Positions 43,554 to 54,312 of a stretch of DNA of 64,000 nt are shown here, piece by piece (the first letter of the stretch is position 1; every line of letters begins with the position of its first letter). This stretch comes from Eledone cirrhosa (Eukaryota). The stretch covers positions 116,560,001-116,624,000 of the forward strand of contig OZ024741.1 of NCBI GenBank assembly GCA_964016885.1, in the 5' to 3' direction. Both the position numbers and the translations under genes were made by a program. Under the pieces are notes generated by a model. It saw only the letters and a list, made by a program, of their open reading frames with translations, had not been told where the DNA came from and did not search any database.

Positions 43554-45560
43554 TATAGCGAAGATACTGGGTTGTATGAATGTAACAAGGAGACATGGTT
43601 TGTGTGTATAATATTTAATTAACAATCATGGATATAAATAGAACAGTATAGTTGACATGTCAAAGTAATAGATGATAGAATGAAGCAAAGTTAGTAGTTA
43701 CCGTTTTGATTGCCAGGCAAACGCGAGACGCCTGGCGAAGGCCAGGCGCCGGAAGGGCAAATGAGAGGGAGAGAGCCGAAGGCTATTCGTTTTATAGGGC
43801 TCTGCCGGAAGTTACAGAAAGGGTTCTACTTCCCGTCTAGATGTTGTTAATCTATTGGGGTTGTGAGTCACAACAAGGGAGACAACCGCTACATAACCTC
43901 CCGCCAGAATTTTAGAATATAAAAATCGAATGAAACATGTAGCAAGTTGGCGAGAATGTTGTAACAGGCATGAAAATTACGACAAAAGAATGTTTGCAAA
44001 AATCAATGATAGATGTCAAGGTAGCCAACCGCTCTTGGCCAGAGAACGACTGGACATCTATCTATCCATCACCCAAAGATACAATGTAATAAAGTAAGAG
44101 AAGAGCTCAAAGTTCAAATGTACAAAATATAGTTCACAGGTGTGCAATCACATGACAGCAGGAAAGAAAGTGTGTTCCAGAGAATGAATGCAGGTGGTTT
44201 CTGTTCTGTGGTATATCGTGAAATTTCCAACCTCCGAATGGATTTTCTCACAGGAAGAGTGCTGCAAAAATAAATTCTCTGGCTTGTTCTGCTGGTTTTG
44301 GTTGTTGGTGAAGCTGTGTTGCTGTCTCGCGGAGTGAGCGTATTCGGTGTTTAAATTCACAGTAAAAAAATTTTTTTCAGAAAAAATGAGTTGCGCAAAG
44401 TGCTAGAAATAACAGCCGAAGTTGATGGTCGTTGTTGAGAATGCGTTGACCTGGAAGGGTCAAGAGGCCAGCGACCAAAGAAATAAGCATTCTGAATAAA
44501 TGCGCAGTTTTCAACAGCAAATTTACGTGGTAAATTTTTAAACCGGCAAATAGGAGAATATAGCTTAAGGCTGAAGAATCCTTGGCGAGAAACGTTATCT
44601 CTGGCGTGCGGCTATCTCTGTGAGTCGAGATATCTCTGTGAGTCGAGATATCTCTGTGAGTCGAGAATTTGTGCTGCCTACACGTGCCAATACAAGGTTA
44701 AGTTAGGTTGAAAAAATAATATTTCTAACGCGCGAGAAAATGATAGTGCAAGTGTGAAAGTGACAATGATGAAAAAGAAAGGCTTCACTTAGCATAAGTA
44801 TTGGTGTGAACTTTTGAAAAAAAAAAACTTGAACGATGAAGAAAACGATGAAAAAAAAGGCAATGGTTCATCGAAAATAAATGTTCCTGTTGAAATGTTT
44901 TTTAAAAAATATCAAATTTCTTTTTTTTGTTTTTTTTTGTTTTGAAAGTGTTCGTTCTAAGAAACGAGAAACATATATATATATCGTGAAATGCGACAGT
45001 TAGTTGATGCGTGAGAGAAAAAGTCTGTCTGTGCGAAAATTTCACATGTGCGTGGTGTGTTCGTTTCTTTCACTGAGTATTTTCATAGTTTGTCAATAAA
45101 TTTGCTGTGTATTCGTAATGTTACTCACACAACACCAGATTCCGCTATTTTTTTCTTTTTTCGGGGTGACCACTTATAACAATGAACGGCTGCGTGTTCG
45201 TATCACGTCAGGGTTACCAATATAGCGAAGATACTGGGTTGTATGAATGTAACAAGGAGACATGGTTTGTGTGTATAATATTTAATTAACAATCATGGAT
45301 ATAAATAGAACAGTATAGTTGACATGTCAAAGTAATAGATGATAGAATGAAGCAAAGTTAGTAGTTACCGTTTTGATTGCCAGGCAAACGCGAGACGCCT
45401 GGCGAAGGCCAGGCGCCGGAAGGGCAAATGAGAGGGAGAGAGCCGAAGGCTATTCGTTTTATAGGGCTCTGCCGGAAGTTACAGAAAGGGTTCTACTTCC
45501 CGTCTAGATGTTGTTAATCTATTGGGGTTGTGAGTCACAACAAGGGAGACAACCGCTACA
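43554..45560 (-). mobile_element. Non-autonomous LTR retrotransposon (Gypsy-like, TRIM/LARD-type)
   Basis: 340-bp direct repeats at 43554-43893 and 45221-45560, identical by eye; 4-bp TSD CTTT; tRNA-Trp PBS at 45202-45219; purine-rich tract ggcgggagg just before the 3' LTR; no internal ORF over 70 aa. Confidence 0.93.
45202..45219 (-). promoter_or_regulatory. Primer-binding site complementary to tRNA-Trp
   Basis: TGGTAACCCTGACGTGAT versus the complement of the metazoan tRNA-Trp 3' end TGGTGACCCCGACGTGAT (16/18); 1 nt from the 5' LTR. Confidence 0.88.
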
Positions 45561-47314
45561 CTTTCATAGCTAGTAGCAGTAGTAGCTCTCTGAACTTATT
45601 CCATCCTGTTCTTACTCTGGCTACTGTACTTTTGGAACACCCTCCTCCACTGCTAATTTCATCACCCATGTAATGAAAAGTGTTGACTATTTCTATAGAA
45701 CTGTCTGGGCATTTGAAGGAGCTAATATCCTGTGGGCACTTGCTACTTACTGGACCTGAGCATCGGCCGCATATAAAACCTACATTCTTTGATAGCCTGC
45801 CTGTGCTCCCACTATATCTTTTATGTACATATAGCTTGCATTTTGGACATAGAATGCAATTGCTACCTATTCCTTTCCTGCACACTGAGCAAGGCCATTT
45901 CCCAGAGGGAATCTGGGCCCTGTTTTCCTTTCTACATACTAGAACTATGACAAGTTAACTTTAAGACCTTTTGATTCTAGACCGTGCTTCCAGATATACT
46001 ATGTATATGTTTCTAGCTCATTATATATAAATTTTTTACCATATCTAATTTCTGTTGTTCCATAATGTTATTATTGTTATTCTTTAGCCTCCAGGTTAGC
46101 TATGATATAACAGATCTACAATTCAAAATTATTCAAGCTTGACAATCCAATCACATTTTTCTCAGATTATAGTGTATCTAGGAGCGTATTACTCAATGTG
46201 TTTGTTAGTTTGTATGACTGTAGGGCAGGATTTGTGGGATATTTTGGCTGCTAATTCTTGCAGATCTATGCTTCAAAGTTATTCTAGCTGTGACCATCCC
46301 ATTCTTTTTTCAGACTGTAGTGTATCTACGACTACAGAATCCTATTTGTAAGATGTGAGGTGTGATTTGATAAAAATTAAACTTTACGTGTAAGAAGTAT
46401 TTTTGGAAGAAACAAGTCATCTATTGAAAGAGTTAATCTTTACTATTATTATCTTTTCTTTTTTTCCTCTATTTTGATACTTGCTTATTTTGATTGAAAC
46501 AACTGATACCCAGAAATTACTGTGGATTTTTGTTGTTTTTCAATCAATATATATATGTGGGGTATGTATATACATATATATGTATACATACATACAGACA
46601 TATTACATATATATATATCTAAAGTCTGTCTCAAGCCCAGAGGCTCATTAGGCTGGTACTTATCCTGGTTTCCATGGTGTTAAGCAACTGAGAGTACAAC
46701 ACTCTCAACTGGACATTTTCAGTTGAGTATAGTGAAGCAACATGAAATAGAGTATTTTGCTCAAGTACACAACACACAATCCAGTTCAGGAATTGAACCC
46801 ATAACATTATGGTCGTAAGTCCAACACCCTTACCACTAGGCCACATGCCTCCATATATATATATATAAAGAGAGAGAGACAGAGAGAGAGAGAAAGAGAG
46901 AGACTGTAAATATATTTAAAGGTCTGTTTTTCTTTTTTTTCCCCTTTCTTTGATTCGTCAACGGGGCATTATTTTTTTTAAAATGAGAGGGACAATTCTT
47001 TTAAAAAAAGGGTTTTATAATGTATATAAAGTATATAAAGTATTACCGGTTTTGATGTATTAGCAAAATTCATCTTATCAAATGTTGAGTATTACAATTA
47101 AAATGAATTAATAAGGATTAAAAATTAAAAATTAAAAATTAAAGATTTAAATTAAGTGTTGAGGTAAGTTTTTTCAACTTCCTTGTTGAGAAGGACACTG
47201 TTAAAAAAAAAAGAAGAAAAAAAAGAAAAACAGACCCTTAAATATATTTTCAGTACTATTTCCAATCTCACCTTTTCTCTATAACCACTGTTTTGTATAG
47301 AACCTTACTTCCCT

Positions 47315-47363
<49 letters not shown>

Positions 47364-47491
47364 AAAAGATATATATATATACAAAAAGATAATGGTAAAC
47401 AATACAGTACAATGACAATATATATTAGTTTAACGCTTATACATATACACACAAAAACACATATGTGAGTGTATATATATATATATTATTG

Positions 47492-48955
47492 GCTTGCAGG
47501 CTATAACAAAAGAGTTTAAAACTGGTTGCCCATGGGAACTCCTATATGCAGATGATCTGACTCTCATACCTGAATCTATGACAGAATTAGAAAAGAAATT
47601 TCAGACATGGAGGCATAGCTTGGAAACAAAAGGCCTTAAAGTCAACTTGGCAGAGACCAAAACCCTAGAGACTAGAAAGGAAAACAGGGCTCTGTTCCTC
47701 TAAGTGTTCAGGAAAGGAGTAGGTAGAAACTCCATTGTATGTCCCAAATACGAATTATGGGTACAACAGAGATGTAGCAGGAACTCAGGCAGGTTAACAA
47801 ACAACATAGATTTCATATGTGGATGTTGCACAGGGGTAGTAAGCAACATCCATCAGGAAAAAGGTCTTTTAAATGCACAGAAGACTCCATAGAACTAGTT
47901 GATAGTTTCTGCTGGTTGGGAAACCAAATCAGTATTGGAGGTAGGAACTCAGAAAGTACAGTTGCCAGAGTAAGGACGGGATCGAAAAAGTTCAGGGTGC
48001 TGCTGCCACTGCCAGCTACAAAAGATCTCCCTCTCAAGCTAAAAGGCTAGTTGTATGATGCTTGTGTGCAAACAGCAATGCTACATGGAAGTGAAACCTG
48101 AGGATCTACGTAGATTGGAAAGAAATGAAGTCTATATGCTTCGATGGATGTGTAATAGTAGTGTGCATGAATGGCAAAGTGTAAATGAACTGACAATGAA
48201 ATTGGGTATGAGAGGGATCAAATGCTGTGTGCAGGAGAGAAGATAGCAATAGTATGGACATGTGATGAGTATGAAGGATGACAGCTGTATAAAAGGTGCA
48301 GGACACTCGAAGATGTAGAGTACCTTGGAAGAGGAAGACCTAGGAAGACGTGGGATGAAATGATAAAGGCTAACCAGGCACAGCTGAACCCGTTGATGGA
48401 GATGACACATGACCGAGACCTCTGGCGCTACGACATATGACAGAAGACCCAAGCCAACAACTCAGGCCAGCCCACACTGTAAGCATAGTCTGTCCTTAGG
48501 AAGGGCATCCAGCAGCCACAAAAAACATGACAGTAATACCCAGCGCCTCACAGTAAACATGGTTTGTGTTAGAAATGGGATTCCAGCTGTAAATCCCAAC
48601 CAAAATATGGTTTCATTATAAGTAAGGCATGGTGCAGAAAACTAGCCTGACTTACCTCATAATGGTACACCCACCCTTAAGTTCCATCCTGCAAATATGG
48701 TTGAGGCTTAGGAAATGTATCCACCAGTCATAAAAACCCAGCCAAAATGCAGTCTTGCTATAAGTATGGTACTGCATAGCCAACTGACATACCTCATAAT
48801 GGGTCCACCCAGTCCCATGCTGTAAACGTGGTTGGTATTTAGGAAGGGCATCCAGCAACCACAAAATCCAGTCAAAACATGGTCCTGCTATGAGCAACAT
48901 ATGACATGGCTACCTGGCTGGACTGTTCTCATAACAGGTCCTTCCAGCTCCCATG
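47492..48955 (+). mobile_element. Decayed RTE LINE 3' half
   Basis: QAITKEFKTGCPWELLYADDL, PHD-like remnant, DLRRLERNE, and subrepeated 3' UTR. Confidence 0.85.
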
Positions 48956-50967
48956 CTTTGATATTATGTGAAGTAAAGCCTTCTCTGTGAACATATAATA
49001 GTAAATATAGAGTAATGTAAATGCTAAAGGGTTAAAACAAGCCCAGTACTTGACTGGTACTTTATTTTATCAACTCAGGAAGTTTGAATGGCAAAGTTGA
49101 CCTTGGCAGGATTTGAAATCAGAATGTAAATGTCCAGAACGATTGTCACAATGGTATTTTATCCATGCTCTACCAATTCTACTAATCCACTATCCTCATG
49201 TCTTCAACAATATTTATTAATACCTGCTCAGTAAATGTTATTCTAAGAAATATCAACACAGCCAGATCGGAAGCCAGTAATCACTGACATGTATAAAAAG
49301 TAGTCTTGTTATATGACACACAACAAGGTATGTAAAAGAATTACTAGAGTAGTAAAACTTATAGTAAAAGAAAACAAAAGCATCCAATCATAGTTAAATA
49401 CTAGTGGAGGATAATAACAAAAGCAGATATGTTTCATAAACGAAAAGAAGACTTGTTATTTATATCACAGGCCATCATTATCATGGTTTTTTTATGTCAA
49501 CTTTTCTATGCTGGCATTGGTTGAGCGAGACTTTTTCAGGCAATGTTTTACAGTCTCATGTTTTTCCTGATGTCAATTCTTTTAGTTACATCTTATGACA
49601 TGCAGCAATGTGCAGCCTTATCTAGTATAAACACAAACCTTGGTGATAAATAGAAAATGGTGGCAATAGTTAAGTTGAAATATCTTGATTATAATTAAGA
49701 CAAGGGTGGTGGATTGGCAATATAGGTAGAACATCAGACAGCATGCATTGCAGCATATAATTATAGCTCTTTACATTCTGAGTTCAAATCCCACCGAGGT
49801 TAGCTTTGCTTTTCATTATTATGGGGATTGATAAAATAAGGTACCAGTAATGCACTAAGGTTGAGTTAACCCTTTAGCATTTACATTACTCTATATTTAC
49901 TATTGTATTTTTGTGGTAAAGGCGTTATCTTTCATAATTATCTCACATAATATCGAATCTATGAGATTTTGATGTCATTTATTTTGAAAACAATACTTTA
50001 ACGTCAGTATGAACAGCTAGTTATGGCTGGTTTGATCAGAAGTGCTAAAGGGTTAATCAATTTTCCCCTCACCCAAAATTGCCAGCCTTGTGCCCATATC
50101 AGAAACCATTATAATGCAACATGTTTTTCTTTAGTCCTGGGTTAGTGGGGCACCTTTGTCTGACCAATACCCTGTGAGAGAATTTGTTAGACAAAAACTG
50201 TATGAAGACCATTGTATAGTGATTGGGGACAGAAAAAAGTAGAGAGGACTCTTTAGTTGTGCCAAAAACATGATGATCTCCCTAGTGTTGGTGCACAGTG
50301 CACTCAGTAGAATATTAGCTGATGATGATGATATTATATATATATATATAACTCATGAAACATATCATTTTCACCGAAATAGATGTGGATATTCAGATAC
50401 ACACACAGATGCTCACACACAGACATACCTATACATAAACATACACACAAAATAATTCCCCTACAGACTGTACAGAAAGTCACAAACACATACATGGAGA
50501 CACGCATACACACACTCATCCGACACACATGAAAATACACATACACACAAACGTACGCTCTCACATACATAGATACAATAGAAAAAAAATCACATACACA
50601 CACATGCATATACATACACATAAACATGCACAAAAAACAAAGAACTCACAGACACAAGTGTGTACACACCAACAATATAAGACTCAGAGACATACATACA
50701 CAGACAAACTGAAGCAATAATACACACCTACCAATTGTATTCCACACAACCACACCCATGACACATCTGACCCCTCCCCTTCACCCCCCACTCCCGAATG
50801 CCGGACCACTTGCCTACCACCCCCACTCTAATTATCTTTTCCAAACTTTCATGTTCTTAGCTGTTCTCTCTCTATCCAAACTCTCCATTTCCCCCCAAGC
50901 ATGATCCTAGTAAGACTTTGTATTTTTGCATCCCTGTGTTTATTTTGTTTTATTTGTTCAACTTTAA

Positions 50968-51071
<104 letters not shown>

Positions 51072-51125
51072 CCGTGTGCGTGCGCCCGTGTGTGTGTGTG
51101 TGTATATATATATGTTTATATATAT

Positions 51126-51171
<46 letters not shown>

Positions 51172-52552
51172 TACATGGAAGCTATCTTTATAAAACCATA
51201 TTTATTTTATTATATATATTTCAAGGGTACTAAAATTTTGGTACGCTCTCATCAGATAAAAATGCTGAACAAAATGTAAGGAACACTGGTATAATCACAA
51301 ACACAAATTTAATAGATCGGACAAAAAATTCTCTACATCACTTTCACACTTAATTTGGTCCTTAAAAGACAATAATATTGACTATTCAATCTCTTGGAGA
51401 ACGATTTCGAAAGCGCCCGCATACCAGAATATGGCTCTCTCAAGAATTTGAATTTGTCATCTATGTATAGAAGAAATCTTTCGCATAATTACCAATAAAA
51501 AAAATGCTATAAACAAAAAGAAATAATTATTTAATTCTTGTATGCATCGATAGTCCAGGGCTTTTAGAAGCATCTATAATCTATAGAAAATATTATATAT
51601 AGCCTCTATATCTTACCCAATTACATTATATATATCTTCGCCGTGTTTTATGAGTGTTTTTATGATGGTTTTAATGATATTTTTGAATATATTTTTGATG
51701 TTTGTTGGACTTTTTTCTAATAGACTCTATAGGCATTGTAAATCCATACACACAAATACGTAATATCATAAAATTTATGCATAGGTATAAGTAATTGTTT
51801 CTACTTTTGGCACAAGGCCATCAATTACCCAGTGCATTACTGGTACTTTATATATGATTTTAGAGTATTACATATGTTCTAAGATAAAAAATGTTATGTA
51901 TATATGCATAGGTATAAGTAATATTATCAAAATATATACATAACATGTTTTATCTTAGAACATATGTAATACTCTAAAATCATATATAAAATAATTTTTC
52001 CATATACTACAATTAGAATATAATTTGAAAGTAAATTTTAGACTAAACAATAAATATAAACTTAACTCTGTAAACTAAGAAAAGTTAGAGTTATCTTTTC
52101 CTTTGAAAACAAACATGTTTACACCTAATATCTACGTAACAATTAAACTTTACATAAATATTAAAATTTCGTAAATTTATTCCTATTTTGATGCAACTAA
52201 TGAATATACAAAATAGTATACATCTTCTGTACTAAAATAGATCTACTTCCATATTCTTAAGCCATATATTGAAAATGTAAACATATCTTCACCCAACATA
52301 TCGTAACTCCTCTTATATAAAAATATATAAATTAAATAAACTATTTATTTATATATATATAACTAACCTGTTATAATATAATTGTTTCTACTTTAGGCAC
52401 AAGGCCAGCAATTACCCAGTGCATTACTGGTACTTTATTTTATCGCCCCCGTAAGGATGAAAGCAAAGTCAACCTCGGCGGGATTTGAACTCAGATCGTA
52501 AAGGGACGTAACTATACTGGAAAGCATGGCGTCCGACTCTCTACCGATTATA

Positions 52553-52781
52553 ATAAAATATACTTATAACTGCAATCTCCATAAAATATACTTATAACTA
52601 CAATCTTCATAAAATATACTTATAACTACAATCTTCATAAAATATACTTATAACTGCAATCTTCATAAAATATACTTATAATTACAACCTTCATAAAATA
52701 TACTTATAACTGCAATCTTCATAAAATATACTTATAATTACAACCTTCATAAAATATACTTATAACTGCAATCTTCATAAT
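52553..52781. repeat. 28-bp minisatellite, about 8 copies
   Basis: Unit ataaaatatacttataactgcaatcttc. Confidence 0.92.
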
Positions 52782-53544
52782 ATTAAACACACCAATAGCA
52801 TAGACCCAATCGTATATATAAATACAATATATCTCTCACATTTTAAATTAATATTCTCCCACTTTAACACATTTATTTATAATTCACACATTATATTATA
52901 AATACTTCCAAAATATATAATTGAATAATAAAATAAATAAAAACAAATATAATTATTTCATTCTCTCTACACCCTCACAAATATGTTCCGGACAATTATA
53001 TACGTATACTCCTATAAATAGTCTGTTAATAACTTTAATATATTTTTTTTCTTAAAATCTTTCCTTAAATTTTCTTCCACCCTAATAATTGTTTCTACTT
53101 TAGGCACAAGGCCAGCAATTACCCAGTGCATTACCCTAATAATAATTGTTTCTACTATTAGCACAAGGCCAGAAATACCCAGTACATTACTGGTACTTTA
53201 TTTTATCGACCCCGTAAGGATAAAAGGCAAAGTTAACCTCGGCGGGATTTGAACTCAGAATGGCAAGGGCCGTAACTCTATGCGTCAAAGCATGGCGTCC
53301 TACCCTCTACCGATACTGCCAATCCACCTAATAATAATAACCTCTATTTCCTTTTCCTTTAAAAAATAATCCTAATAATTATTTAAATTTACCTAGCGTC
53401 TAAACATAACGATCGTTTTCAATTTTAACGTTATCCTCAGTAGCATATTCATCTTGTGATTTGAAGTTCTTCTTCACTATTCAAATATAACTCACAACAT
53501 TAAGTTCTAGTTTGAATATGTCACTATCTGTAAACCAACTTTTG

Positions 53545-53605
53545 TATTTTATCTGATGAGTGCGTACCAAAATTTTGGTACCCTTGAAATATATATAATA
53601 AAATA
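53545..53605 (+). ncRNA. Type I hammerhead ribozyme
   Basis: tattttat-CTGATGA-gtgcgtaccaaaattttggtaccctt-GAAA-tatata-TA-ataaaata: 8-bp stem I, palindromic stem III, AUA site. Inverted copy at 51203-51261. Confidence 0.72.
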
Positions 53606-53793
53606 AATATGGTTTTATAAAGATAGCTTCCATTTATTAATATTATTGATATTATACTCCAGAAGAATTTTGCTGAGTGCTTCTAACCTGTTATAAACTG
53701 AATTTGTTGAATAATCAACAAATTAAATAACTCATGCATTATATGTATATATCTATATCTATATCTATATATATGTGTGTACACACACACACA

Positions 53794-53825
<32 letters not shown>

Positions 53826-54312
53826 TTATATCGAAGAAAGAGACATATCATAAGAGTAGATGAGAAAGAACTATGATATAATATATTAGATGCCTATAGC
53901 TGAAGCGAAGTGTGCTCTATGCTTAGAGGTGCAATGTTAAATATTATAGTGAGGTTAATATTTAATGTTTCTTCTCTGAAGATTCTTAAGTGCATAAGTA
54001 TATAATAATTGTTTCTACTTTTGGCACAAGGCCAGCAATTATCCAGTGTATAACTGGTACTTTATTTTATCGACCCCGTAAGGATGAAAGACAAAGTTAA
54101 CCTCGGCAGGATTTGAACTCAGGCCGTAAAGGGACGTAACTCTATGCTTCAAAGCATGGTGTCCGACTCTCTACCGATACTGCAATAATATATATGATTA
54201 AGCATATTTATCGACCTGTTGTACTTGTAATTGTACTTTTAGATGAAACACTGTGTAAGAAGTAAATCTTGCTTTTAAATGTATTGCCTTCTCCTCCATA
54301 TATTTTTATTTA

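Larger units (their letters stand above)
42718..45995 (-). mobile_element. Decayed RTE LINE 3' part interrupted by the LTR element
   Basis: RTE coding similarity runs ...FRELLLLLAMK (to 45561) and resumes DLSLKMKGRLYDAC (from 43550); (GAT)n tail at about 42718. Confidence 0.85.
51164..53645. mobile_element. Penelope-like element remnant bounded by inverted pLTR ends
   Basis: About 98-bp inverted repeats (51164-51261 / 53547-53645), each with a hammerhead. 51290-51552(+) reads NHKHKF..STSLSHLIWSLKDNNIDYSISW...CHLCIEE...SCMHR (PLE GIY-YIG C-terminus). Confidence 0.8.

Noticed and set aside
45188-45219. tRNA-Trp gene
   Set aside because: Only the 3' 32 nt are present, including encoded CCA, adjacent to an LTR, so it is a PBS.
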